Source: Raja brachyura
Taxonomy: Eukaryota
Direction: 5' to 3'
DNA: 64,000 bases
Assembly: GCA_963514005.1 (NCBI GenBank)
Contig: OY740790.1
Location: 53,816,001 to 53,880,000, forward strand
Numbering within the stretch: position 1 is the first letter of the stretch; each line of letters begins with the position of its first letter. This document shows positions 26,331 through 39,952 of this stretch, piece after piece. Under the pieces are notes generated by a model, which made no database searches, was not told the origin of the DNA, and saw only the letters and a program-made list of their open reading frames with translations. The position numbers and the translations under genes were made by a program.

Positions 26331-27619
26331 ATGGCTGGAGAATTTAATTTTGTAAGATGAACAGAGAAAATAATGGAAATTTGTAGTATTTGACAAAAAC
26401 AACAAAGGCCACATATTACCACATGTACATCTCCATATAATGGCATGAAGCCAACTCATTTTTAGTGTTTTAGTTATTGAGATGTAGCGCGGAAATTGGT
26501 CCTTCGGCTCACCGAGTCTGCCCCGACCAGCAACCCCCACACACTAACACCATCCTACACATGATGTAGGATAGTGTTGGCCTGTATGGATGGACAGTAA
26601 TTCATTTATTACCAATGGATGCCAATGAAGAATTGTCATTATCTGCAGGACTGGCTGTACCTACTCTAAACCACATATTTGCTACGACTAAATAATAAAG
26701 GCATGGCTGCCATTAAATTGATATATTCCACGGACTTTTGGCTGCAAGTGCACTTTGCTGAGAGAAATATTTAAAAAAGACGTAAACAACAAGAAACAAA
26801 TTATTTCTATAAGCTTCGTAACAGATGGTTTTGAGTCTGTTTATCCTTTCATTTAATTTTCAGTAATATGTGGACATTGGTTAATAATGGTGCTGGTTTT
26901 ATAGGTATAGTTTTGAATATAAGTTTGTATTGATAATATTTTAATTCACTGTACTTTATTTTAAATTAATGAATCCTGAAAAGTGTCACTATTTACCTGA
27001 ATTGTACTCACTGGTCGTTTTGAATCGCACTATTTTTGTAATTGAGAGTAAAGGTTAATAACGTCTCACTTACATGGCTGAACTTCTGTCAAGAATTAAA
27101 TTAACAGGAGGTTAAAATGTTGAAATGAATATTTGCAAAGCCTGCTGTCAAGGACTACTGCAATAGATTCCTAATGGGGCAGACACACTTTATGACTTGA
27201 AAAGGTATAATATTATGTTGATTGAAAACAAGTGGTACAACGGTTGCACAAGTACCCTGATTGAAGAGTTGGTTTTCCGCCATTTCATATTTAATTGGTT
27301 GCAAACAAATCAAAATCAGTGGGTAATTGATTTTTAAAATTTCAGGAAGGCACAATGGCCTTTGAATAAATAAATCACTGCATGGATTCATTTCAAATCA
27401 CTACATATTTGATTTTGCACTTGTTAAATAGATCTGTTGTATTGCTACTCATCTCTGCTATACTTTTAAAGCATTAGGAATTCTGTTATCAGCTCCAGAA
27501 TGCCAATTTTTGTTCTTGAGGATAACCTGCATATGCAAGGTATAATGCAAGATTAATGAAATTTAGATAAAAATGTCGAGATCCAATATCGGCAATTGGA
27601 GAAGAAACATCTTCAAACA

Positions 27620-28195
27620 AAAAACATACTGCTGGAGGAACCAAGTGGGTCAGGCAGCAACTATGGAGGCGGAGGTATGGACGATGTTTTGGGTTGAGGC
27701 ATTACTTTGGGATTGAGGGTGTAGAGGGGCGAAAACCAGTTTAGAGAGAGGGGGAGGGGCGGTTTGAGGCAGGGGCAGGCGGGCAATGTACCAAACGAGG
27801 TGAGGAAGGGAATGATGGCAGATGGAACCAGATTTGGGGGAGGGGGGAGCAGGGTGGAGTGAGGGTGAAGGTAGAGACAAAGGTTGTAATCTGATAAGTG
27901 GAGCCACAAAAGGTTGCAATGGTGCTGGAATCTGATAAATAAGGAAGGTGATAAAGAGAACTAGATGATAGGTGAACAGATTCAGTTAGAGGAGAGGATA
28001 AGAAACCCAGTGAGTTAAGTGTATGGATGATGGGCAGAGGAAACCAGGTGGGCGAGGGGGACATAATTTGCTAATGGGGGTGGGAGATAGGTTGGGAAAA
28101 AGGAGGATGGGGAGGAAGGAGAATTTGATTAAAAAGTTTGCGTAAAATAGTAAGCTCCGTTGAATGTGGTAACCTCGGCCATAATGAATATTGAA
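27620..28195 (-). mobile_element. Old Penelope-like 3' end fragment
   Basis: Starts with a family-like arm (gctggaggaaccaagtgggtcaggcagc) followed by a long purine-rich tract like the arm interiors at 820-930. Confidence 0.5.
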
Positions 28196-29174
28196 CACAC
28201 TGCTGGCTGGACAAACTATTTTAAGCGAACATTAGATATTTTAGAATAATTATTCCAATTAGAATAATTATTCCAAAATTTATTGCTTTCATGATTAAAT
28301 AATGAACAATGAATTTTAAAGGGAAAAAATGTTGACAGCGAAACAAATGGATTAGGTTGTCCACTGCTCCAAGAATCAATGCAAACGTCCTTCTTCGAAA
28401 AGGGTTCATAATGTTCCCAATGATGAGGAATGCACGGAATAGAGGGATGAAGGGAATTAGTGCCTGTTTCAATTCATTATAAAGCTATGGCTGTGCACAC
28501 TGCAGGCGACTGGAACTTTGGCCAACATTATTCCTCTCTTTGGCTCAAGGTTTTCTGAGGACGACCAGCAAAGCTGGTCTTGTAACAACAGAATGAATCA
28601 GCATCCTTATTCCGAATTTTCCCATGTCCCAGCACATTTATAATTGATCCATTGGAGGTGTTTCTTATCAGCAATATGATTGTATAATTATTGGATACAA
28701 CAATTACACAGCTGTGTCGGTAAACCTCAAGTGGAAACGGAAACTCAGCATTTAGGACGGTTTCTGAATTGCAACAAAGTAAGATGTAGCCTTATATTCC
28801 TGTGGTAACACTTATTTTTATGGATTATCAATAGGTTACATATCACATAATTATCGCACAGATTGATTACATAGCCTCATCACATAGATTGATAAGGGAT
28901 CAACATATGCATTTTGAATTTCTTTGTAGAGTAGTTAAACATTGGATTGTGTGGAATGAATTGTGACAATTAAAATAAAACATTCACTAAAATTATTCAA
29001 TTAAAACTACACACCAGGGGCAACGTGCCAACTATTGCAATGTGCCAAATTCAAATGGCTCTTTCACACCTACTTTTAGCTTTCTTTCAACCAATTGTTT
29101 CACCATGTTACTATGTACCATCAGCCCCATAGGTTTGTATCACTTGCCATACTTTTAGATAGCATTTGTGCCTT

Positions 29175-29362
29175 TTTATAGAGGCCAATTAACCTATCAA
29201 CACGCACGTCTTTGGGATGTGGGAGGAAACTGGAGCACCTGGAGGAAACCAGTGATGTCACAGGGAGAACATGCAAACTCCACATAGAATGCACCCGAGG
29301 GCAGGATGAAACTCTGGTGCTGTGAGATGGCAGCTCTACCAGCTGTACCACTGTGCCACCCA
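29175..29362 (-). mobile_element. HE1-like V-SINE 5' part
   Basis: Minus strand gggtggcacagtggtacagctggtagagctgcc...ggagtttgcatgttctccctgtgac. Confidence 0.8.
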
Positions 29363-30964
29363 CGTTTTTGTTCAATTTTAACCATCGATTGGCCTGCTGA
29401 AAATCTATCATGTATGCATCTAATTATTAATGTTCCTGTCCAGCTTACCTCAATGAAATTAGTACTGGGCTTATCTCATTGCATGGGGGAGCATTCTGTA
29501 CAGACTGAACATGTGCAATGTATTTGTAAATTCATGTTCAGTGAAAGTGCAGGAGAGAGATCTATGCAATACAGTTGTAAGCCTTGGTCTACTCTTTGCA
29601 TAGAATCTGTAATGCAAATGATTAATGCTGGTGTTTACATTCAACCTGATTTAATTCAATTATCCTATATCTCTAATTATATTTTTTCACACTATAACCT
29701 CATCCCTCTATCCCCTCTGCTTCATGCATGCAACAAGCCTTTCCTTATAAGTATACAAGATCATGTGGGTATAAGTTTTAAATTATTAGCATTCTGTACA
29801 AAAATATATCACACAGATGCTCCACTAGGCCTGTTAACAAAATCTATTTTTTACTTGTGTTCCCAGCTCACCCGTAAGTGGAAATTTTTATTTCCCTTAT
29901 CCGAACAACTCTGATTAAAACACTCTCTAGGCATTTTGCTGAAGCTAATCTACGAAAGGGCATAGATCTGATAAATTACTCCTGGAAAAATTGTGCATTC
30001 TTGTGCACTATCATCACTGTGTTTTGAGCAGAGAGATCAGAAGTGCACACAGTTTGCTGTGTGCAGTCTATTCAAGGCTCTATTTAACATTTGGAATAAC
30101 CCATTATTTGCGATGGTCTTAACAGCTTCTACTGCTGCTTTTTCACCCTGTTGTGTGCTCAGATTACTGTTTCATCCAATTTAGCTTCCATGAAATAAAT
30201 GATCCATTTTGCCTGCCATTCAATCTGGTGATTGGTGAATTTACCCTAAAACCCCATTATTTCTGTCACATTTGTTCACTGCAAGATGTAAGGAAAATAA
30301 CTAGTAAGAAAATTATATGCCAAATAAGATAAAATAAAATGAATACACCTGAAGGCAAAAAATTAGCAACTGACGTTGTTAAGATCATGGCAAGGAATGG
30401 GTCATTTCTAATGCCCTTAAGTGTAAGGCTTCCTATCCAGGGGTTGTGCAAAATAGCTCCTGGTCTCTAACTAGTGCAATATAATTCCAATCTGCTATGC
30501 ACTGGATTCACTGTAGGCTGGCGCCTTGTGAGAAGGAAAACTTTCTTTATCCTGATTCAATTTATTTTTTCTGTTTCTGTCTAAATGGAAGATGACCTAC
30601 AGGGTGACAAAATGTTTTAGCAACAGTGTTATCTATTATTATCAAATTATCTGTTGGTGGAAAAGCCATTAATTATGAACCACACGATTACAAAGAGGTA
30701 ATTGGTATAATTACCACCATCCCCTTTAATGTAGTGTGACTGATGCGTTTTTTTTGTCGAATTTAATCAGGCGATTTGTTTCGTGTTAAGAGACATAAAT
30801 CCGGTTAAACTCAAACTTTAATTGCATAATTACTGAAGGATATCTCTGTCTCCTCCGCTGATATTGATTCATTCTACTCATTCTCTCGTAATCTCGCTCA
30901 CGTATTTCGCATGTACAGATTCCTGGAACCAAAATGTATCTCTCTATGTTTGTCAGTGATTAAA

Positions 30965-30987
30965 TTATATACATAAATATATCTGTG

Positions 30988-31048
<61 letters not shown>

Positions 31049-31197
31049 ATATATAAATACGTGTGTGATATATATGTGCGTGATCTGATACATAAATATG
31101 TCTGTGTGTGATATATAGATAATGAATATATATCTGTGTTATATATATATGTGTGTGTGTGTGCGTGTGTATGTGTATATGTGTGCATATATATATC
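30965..31197. repeat. Compound (TA)n/(TG)n microsatellite
   Basis: Interleaved TA and TG runs. Confidence 0.9.
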
Positions 31198-34100
31198 CGG
31201 ATTGTACCGAGTAGTCATACGCCCTTAACATTATGCCGTATATACGTGTACCTTAAACTACCTTTTATTGATTCAGTAAATCTGCATATTAATGGGTGCC
31301 TTAGCGGTATCTCTCCAGGGGACTCTCGGGAGTGAACAAATTTACTGTGATCTTGGGTACTATGCGGGACACCAGTGATGTCGAATAACCCTAATAGATT
31401 GTTAAAATATCGCAACACTTGTACTGCATGTTCAAGGGTGAGGCAATAACTTAGGCTAAGACACATCTCCTACTGCGGACTTCGAGTGCATACAATTGTA
31501 CCATTCTAAATTAAAGGACATTTGGGTCTCCAGGTTTAGAGTTGCTCAAAGCTCTTAAACTGAATACGTATTCCAAGATAAGATACACTTGAGAAAAAAA
31601 TAAGTTGATATAAAGAAAGATATAAAGAAAGTCGGAGCCAGAAACGGCTTGATAGAGACAGGGGACCGATGTCAAGAGAATGCAGTGAAAGAATAAGGAA
31701 AAAGACAAATTAAAAAGGGGTGGCAGGGTGGGTGGTGGTGGAGGGACATGTGTAGAGTGAGCACCGGTGTTTGAGATTATCAAAACCCAGAAAGACGATG
31801 AGGCTTTGTACTCGTTAACGCGTGAGGATATTGTTTTGACAATTACTATCCCGGGAATAGTCTTACACAGAACTGGCCGCGGAGGGGGCCGGCCCCCGAG
31901 CGACTTCAGCGTTAGAAAGACAGTGTCCTTAAACCCATTGGTAATTAGTAACACCGCAACTAATCCGAAATATCTAGAGATAATCATCCGATATTCCGAA
32001 TCAGACACTGAGTTTACAGCCAACGTGTACAAATTGGGATGGGCACAACACAGGAATCGCGTAAACAAATATTTGTTATCGTATAATAAACACATTGAAA
32101 TTGGAGGTAGTTATTAAATATTTTTACAACACGCCTGTGTATTTCAAAGTGCTAAAACACTTGGGTAATGGAATCTGTATTGCTATTTTATTCCCTCGTT
32201 AAATCCCGGGTCAACTGTTTTCAGCACACAGACTAAACCGGCTTCAATGGGTATTTTTCCGAGTTTTGTTCACATATCAAAAGAAAAGGAAACATAAGTT
32301 ACTATTATTTGGATTTTCATCTTCAAGATGATGATCTCCTGGTTTGTGCAGTGTTAAAAGTTTGGCATGGCGGAGCTGCCGGAAGCGATCTTTGCTGCGG
32401 GACATGATTATATATTTATTACTGTCATCTACATCTGCAAAGGCAAATCTAACGGCAGCGACGATCTGGAACCAAATATACAGTAATCCTAATCGAACTG
32501 CATAAATCAAAGCAAGAGACAAATGTCGGACAAAAGTAGGAGGATGAGAGAGGACACCGAAGGCGGAGAAATGTGAGTCGTATTTTTTTCCAGAGAAGAC
32601 ACCGGACTTTTGACAGCCAAGGGCGATATTTCTATTAAAATGTTTGTAACTGATTATCTTTTCAGATTATGATAGTAATATATTGATGCACTATATGTAG
32701 CTATTCTGGAACCAGGAGTATGCAACATTCATTTTAACGGAGTGTTTACATTAACGTTAATTGTTTACATTACTAAAATTAACCACAGATTAGGTAAGAG
32801 TGCTTATTTAAATTTTACACTAGAAGCTAATAAAATAAGGTATATCAAAAAGCTACAAATACAGTTACACATTTGCTTTACATTCCAAAGGGGTTTGTAC
32901 CTATAAATGGAACGCTGGCAACTTTAGTTTAAATAATTAAGTTTTGATAATTAAATATTTTAGGGTATAGCTTTAGGGCAAACTATATTCAAATGTGCTA
33001 ATTATACTTAATTGAGATGTTTTCTCGCTGTCAACGTGCGCTAAAGAGTATGTAATTGTGAGCCGTCACTCCAAGTGAAATTGAAAGCAATTATATTCAG
33101 ATGTAAAATTAAAACATGCAACAGAATTAATTGTTTCTTAATTGTTGTTAATTATTAAATAAAGTTAAATGGGGCTTGGATGCATACTAAACAAATATAA
33201 AGACTACGTGTGCGATTTTAAATCATGATTTATAGAACCGCGCTTGAATTAGATTAAATTGAGAAGGCAGGGATTTGCCACTTACACCGGTCGACTCTAT
33301 TCCTTAAGTCTTTGTACATTGGGACGCAAGTAATTATTTATGGACACTTGCTAAACAGTTAAAAAAATTCATTGAAATGAGATTTACAGCAGCGTCCAGG
33401 AATGTTGATTACCTCGACAGAGGCGATTCCTAAACATTTACTTTGCTACAAAGTAGGCCAGCATTCAGCAGTCACCTCTGCATCGGGATCATCGCCGTAG
33501 GGGCGAGTTTGGCAAGATTTATTAGATATTCCTTAAAATATGCATCCTGGTCCCCATTTGGCTCAGGACCTAATAGAAGTGGAAATAGCTTTCGACTGCA
33601 GTGCGGTTCATTCATCATCCTCTCTGACACCAGGTTGATTCTACAACCAACCCCCCACAAACCCCCATCCCCCCTCCCAATATGTATCACACAGACACAC
33701 ACACACCAAGGAGATGCACCAGAATGTGTGCAGTTGTCAGAAAATCTGCTTCTTTCTCATTCGTATTTGCACTGCCAACACCCTACCTTACTTTGCCTAG
33801 CTTCTTGTTTTTATTTTGTCCCCATTCTGCCCATTGCCATTTCTGATGGCTCGCTTCTCCAACTATTCATTTCTCCAGTACGGTGGCAAGCGTTCCTGGC
33901 TGTGCGTACGCTGCCCAACTGTCTCCACGCGTGTGCATAACGCACAATTTAAACATGTACATAGGCGCTGTCATTAACCATCTATCTACATATGTACCGG
34001 CATTGTAAATATCGAACTCGAGCAGGCATATGGCTAATACCATGAATATTTAATGTCAGTATTAATGTTTATTAAACTTGTTCCGCTGTTTTGCATGCGT

Positions 34101-36176
34101 GGATACTGTATATATATAAGAAACGTCGTTACCTTTATCCTCTCTTTTCGCGTGCGCTTAAATTTACCTTGGGAATGCTGCTAAATTAACTTATAAATCG
34201 TTTTAGATGGAGTTGGAACTTTCTTTATCTTTTTAAAAATCCGCCGCAGTCTAGTTCCCAATCCTACTTTGCCTTAGTGTCTTGGTCCCACGAACTAAAT
34301 ATCTGTTTGCTGAGCCTGTAAAAAATATACTCCGCTGATCTATTGAGTTGTTACCACCGTCTTCCACACATTTTATTTTTGCTTCCCTCTCCCCCCCCCC
34401 CCCCCCCGTATGTGTGTGTGTGTGAGAGAGGCAGAGGGAGAGAGTCGGGGTGGAGGAGAGGTATGTAGGCAATCGTGTGTTCATCTGGAAAGTAAAACAC
34501 AGGACGTTTCAAGGCTTCAAAGCAGCTACAAGATGTCCAGAATAACGGCGAGTGCTTTAAAATGGGCCGTACTTTCTTCAAATATAACTGCATCATGAAC
34601 TCACCACCAAATAATCCGGCGTATTCATTTTTGTTTTGCAACAGTTATACTTGCTCACATTAACTTCATGCCGTTTTATCTGTTTATCTCCATCCATCCA
34701 GTCAAACTATTTATAATTTAAGTTAATAATTCAGAACCGCAAAAGCAATCAATTTCTTCGAAACTCCGGAGGGGAGATGGTGGGGGGCGGTAGGGTGGGG
34801 AATTGGAACCAATCCACAGCGGCTGAACAAGATATTTCGCCGGAATTTCCCATTTCATCACAATTCCGTAACAAGTATTTCGGAATTAGATTGAAATGTG
34901 ATGGCGGCATCGGGGACAAGTATATCTAATCCAGGAAGACATTTCAAAATCCAGTCTCGCCATTCTGAAAGTTAGCTGAAAAATCATTGGGGTCGCTTTT
35001 CCCTGCATTGCCTTTCTTAAACAATACGAAGAGAGGTAGAGTATTGAAAACCCTTCGCAACTTCAGAATGGTTATCTAGGGAAGAATGAATCGCGAGCCA
35101 GACAATTTTGAAAATATCACAACCGCGACGCCCTTTTCGTCAAACGAGTCGCATTAGAACACAGGAAGGAGCTTTATGGATGTGTTGCAGACTTATCACC
35201 TGCAAGAAGGATGTTTTGAGCTGTTATGATATCTAACTAACACGTATAGGTTATAAGGTTTTAAAGTGCACCATGCACATCCATAGGTTTAAATAAAATC
35301 TTGAAATCTTAATCTTTCCCAGAAATATCAAAAATCTTGGGGAAGAAAATACAATTAATGTTATTTTCTTAATGGAAAGTTTAAAAAAAACTCCTCAACT
35401 TAGAAGAAGTTAGATACCACCTTTACAAAGCAGTGTAACTAGTTAGGTTTTGGGAATCAACTCCTTTTTTTTGTGGGACATATTCTGGTGAGATGTCTGT
35501 CTTTTGGTGAGGTTGTTTTTGTCTTTACGGAGATTAGGAGGGGGCGGGACGGTAGGGAAGTGAAAGGAACGGGGTACCAAGACTGATATTCATTCCAATT
35601 TTTTTGAAATCTTCGGATGTGTTGCGTTTAAATGCCCACGACGAACACTGTCGCACACTTACTATTTAGCCGCGTGATATTAACAGGAAAGAATATAAAG
35701 CGAAGAGTCAAATGTTGGCACCCTCCAGAAAATTAAATTATTGATATCCGACGAGCACAAATTAAACTTGTCAGTGAGCCACAACTATCCGAGCGAGATG
35801 CCTGTAAGTGTACCAAAGAGCATGGTTTCATTAGCACACACGGGTTACTCATACTGCTTCAACCAGTTGCATATTCAAGAACAATGGGAAAACAGAATAG
35901 TTGTGTTCAATGCACACATACAATTTTGTCTACATTTCACTCTTACCTTACTGAACCTCTCCACGAGCCCACGGAAGATACACTCCTTTCAATAGCTCTT
36001 GAGTTTTAACAAAACAGACAGAATATCTAACACTTAGAATTCTGAATTGTTCAGCAAGACAGTTCTGTCTGCGGACACCTCTTGTGTGTCTTTTGGTATC
36101 GGTCTGCCTCTCTCGATCTCTTTCGGTCTTCGGTTCCTGCAGTTTACATTAGAAAGTTGCAGCCAATGATAGGGTA

Positions 36177-36196
36177 TGTTGCCATCTGCTGGGAAG
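36177..36196 (-). promoter_or_regulatory. CTCF-binding motif
   Basis: Minus strand tcCCAGCAGATGGCAaca matches the CTCF core CCASYAGRKGGCR. An upstream TGCA lies at about 36206-36209 and a CCAAT at 36163-36167. Confidence 0.65.
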
Positions 36197-37189
36197 TAGG
36201 CTGATGCAGGAGTTTAAAACAGAACCACTGGCGTGCTTCAGGAGCTAGAAGAGAAGTCTGCAGCATTTCAATGGTCCTTCAACATGTCAATCAACGTATG
36301 CTCTCCCCGTCTCCCTCTCACTTCTGCACAAACTTCTTTTAAAACCTACTGCGTCACCGTCCTGGCTGCACAGATCAAATCAGCTTCACACATTAAAACA
36401 CAATAAAGAATTTCAGATATATTTTCTGCAAGAAGGGCCAACTTTTCCCCTCCCCACAGGCCAGAAAAAATGTCCAGTATTTAAAGTGGGGAGTGTCAAC
36501 TGTACACTGGATATAATTTTCCTGTTGGTATGGGGATTGTACAGTTTTCGGTACAAGGTTGACGAACTCAACCGTTGATTTTATTTGCTTTTCAGATTTG
36601 TCATGCTTTCCCGCAGCAGAATGGACGGCTCTAACCCTCTGGATATTGCTAATAGAGCCCCAGGTCCTTCCCATACAATCTCTCCCAGCCCTGACGGCTT
36701 AAACTAGGATTGGGGCAACACGACGCCATTCCACACACCAAAAAGCTGCCTTAAAATGACTACTGGTAAGAGGATTAAGGCAATAATGCCCGTCTCTTCT
36801 TGATGTGTGCTCGATAGCGCCTGCTTCCCATAGCGCAGAAGAAAACTTTGCTCTAATATAGGGGGTGGTAATACCTTTATTGAGTAATAGTTGAGACATT
36901 TCTCGCAAAATGTTGGTCTGTGAGGTTTGCGTATGGTTATTTAAATTAATTGTGAGGCCTTTTAAGAAAAATCATTGCATCCACTTCTACCATATTGCAA
37001 CGTCAAACTCTGCTTTTCTGATATTGACTAACCGATCAGTTCAGCCCTTTTATTTATTTTGCATATTTCACCGATCCTCCTTTCATCTCGCCTTACTTCT
37101 CTCACATCTTTTTTTTCTCCACATAGTTCTCTTGTTTCCACGCTGCTGTTGCTGCCGTTGTTTTGGAAGGGAGGGGGACGGGGACCCCG

Positions 37190-38340
37190 CTAAAACACTG
37201 GCTGCTTATATGTTTAAGTTTCTGTCTACAGGCTCCCTTGTCTCAAGCCAACTGCGGGTCTGCAGTATGAAAGGGGATTAACTTGTGAACTGCTGAAAGT
37301 AGGGACTTAAATGGGCGCAAAATCTCTCAAATGAGTCATTGTGGGAGCCGTTCTAAAGCAATTAAAGCGAGAATAAATTCCTCAGCTTTTCCTTAAAGCC
37401 AGCTTTCAGTGGGGCTTAATGCAGACTAGCGTCCAGTCCATCAGAAGATTTGTAGTAAAATATTAAGAAGGTTGGTTTCTCTAGAACATGTCCCCCACTC
37501 ACTCTGCCTTTTCTCAATATTGCAATTGAAGGCTAACGGGAAGAGAATTTGCCGCGCTCCTTTTTGCCAAACTTATCCCCCTCTCTATTTTTTACCTTGT
37601 CTATCTTTAGGCTCGGAATCCCCCAATCTATTTTTCCTCTGACCACACGTAGGAAAGTGCTGTTCAATAAGAGCTAAAATACCAGACACTTTATTTTTCT
37701 GAATGGTGTTATAATATTTGGAACAGGTAAAGAAAGGGGGAAAAAAGGTCAACAAAACGATTCGGGATGACTTCGGTCGACTCTTTGAGTCGTGGTCACG
37801 CCAACACACTGTTAAACCCGCTCCAATCCCCTCCCCCTAAAACAACTTAACATCTGAAAGTAGAAAAGAGAATCTATTGGCGGCTGTCAGCTAATTAATA
37901 GATCTAATCACTTTTACTTTATGAATACATTATAGTTTTCAGCCCCTTGCTCTTTTCTGTGTGCCCCCCCCCCCCCCCCCCCCCCCACCAACTTTGCAAA
38001 CAACCCGTCCAAGGGTACCCAACAGATGCTCATTTAAAGGCAATTAATCATTTTGATGTATCGTTTAAAATTGACTGGTTCCTAGGGACCTCTCCTGACA
38101 AGAATAACAAAGCAATTTGCCAGCAGCCATCTCCACGACATGTTATTAGCGCTGGCTTCGTCTGAGCGGGGCTGTGGGAGAATTAGGCAGCAGGCTGTGT
38201 GAATAGACCTACCTGTTAGCGAAGATCTCCTCTCCTACACCTGTACTTCACACACCAACCAAAAGAAAATCGTTTTATTGATGACAAGAGCCGCCAATCC
38301 TCATTCTAATCTCGTTTAAGAAAGTTTTAGGTGACTGGAA
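37190..38340. promoter_or_regulatory. Candidate conserved enhancer block(s)
   Basis: Unique, TE-free sequence dense in homeodomain motifs (GGATTA 37275, GGCTTA, TAATTA, TAATCA), TALE-type TGTCAG/TGACA and AP-1 TGAGTCA. Confidence 0.4.
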
Positions 38341-39887
38341 TGTCATTTTCTTTCTTTTTTTAAACAACTGCCCAAAGAAGGAGTTTAAGGTGATTTGAAT
38401 GTCATAAAGGCAGTGGCGTTCTACATTACCGAGTGCATTCACTTGCTCTGTCCGAGTGATGTGTTCTCTTTCATGTCGTTCTATTCGTCAATTTTAAAAC
38501 CAAATAATTTCAATCCAAAGTAATGACCTACAAACAACAAAATTGATTCATCAGATACGTGGCATATGCCATCTTGGGACTTTAATTTACGTTTGAAATT
38601 TACATTATTTAAGTCAGAGCTGAAATTGAAACAAAAAATGCCACAGTCAGTCATTTGACCCGATGATATCTGAAAGAAAGAAGAAAAATATTTTTTAATT
38701 CCAGTCGAAAAGATTATAATGATAAGAAATCCACCTAGCGCGTTATACTCAAATTACTGAATAGATTTGATTGAATTGTGCATAAATAAAATACCTGATC
38801 AGAGCCACGAGACAGCGCATTTCGCAATTCGCAATTCGCTGCATGAGGCAAATAATTTCTAGAGGGACGTTTTCCCCGCATTAACATCTGATGTATACTG
38901 AATTATTAAATAGGTCTGTATCTATAAAACTCTGGATTTATTTGATCTCTAAAAGTGTGGAGGTTCCTTGTTTAGACAGTGAAACTTTTCTTTCCTTTCT
39001 ATCCAGAGTTTGATCTTAACATGTGCGTGAAATGAAACAGAACCTTGCTGCCATTATGCCTCATTCCAGTACAATCTAACTTCAACTCTAAAACAACTTT
39101 CTCCTCCAGGTTACGGTCCATAATTGTATGAGAAGATTTTTGAGGCACCTGTCTGCCCCCTCACAGAAAATTTAATCGATTACACTTCATTTTATCCTCA
39201 AAGGTGTGCCGTCTAATTTGTGTTTGCATAGGGGGACATAATTGTGGGGGGGTTAAATAATCCATCCAGTTTCTATTTACGATGTGTAATATTAATCTCT
39301 CCGAAGTAAATAAATGTAACTATTTGCGCACTCGCACGCAGATCCTTCTTGACAATGACGCTGTTTCCAGTCCAACGCGAACTGTAAAGAATCCATGGAT
39401 GCACTGTTCTACACCTTCGTGGTCCGGCTCGGGGCTAGCACCACATGGAAATACAGATGGCCATATAAATGTACATTATAACAATCTTGCACATCCACAC
39501 TTCCAACGTGGACACACGCCTGCCGTGAATTGATTTAGGCGTAACTTCACCAAGCCACGGGATAGTTCGTTCTCTGTTCCTGTGCGACTATCTCTGCTTC
39601 GCCGGCTTCATTGGCCATCTTACACGTCGAATTTCGCCGTAAACATAATCCTGTATATCAGATGAATTCAATTCAATCACAGGCACACTACTCTTTATAA
39701 CACACACATGTTCCCATTTCTAAAGCGAAAGCCTGATCTGTGAAGGCAGGAATGAAAAGCACCATCCGATTTCATCAATGGAATTGTGCACATTCACTGG
39801 ATTAGCATTGCATTTACAGAGAGGGTTCCCACAAATGGCATTGTTGAAATCCTCTTAAAAAGTTTGGGAACTAGTTTGTTTAGTTTC

Positions 39888-39892
<5 letters not shown>

Positions 39893-39933
<41 letters not shown>

Positions 39934-39952
39934 GTGTGAGAGAGAGAGAGAG
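39893..39952. repeat. (GA)n microsatellite
   Basis: Long AG run; similar runs at about 61240-61290, and (GT)n at 61720-61747. Confidence 0.95.

Noticed and set aside
29306-29914. 202-aa ORF
   Set aside because: Begins in an antisense SINE, has no recognisable domain and has the composition of AT-rich non-coding DNA.
31511-32117. Overlapping 194-aa (-) and 116-aa (+) ORFs
   Set aside because: No recognisable homology or exon structure; low-complexity, strand-biased composition.
33443-33940. 165-aa ORF
   Set aside because: Non-ATG start, includes simple repeats and has no known motif.
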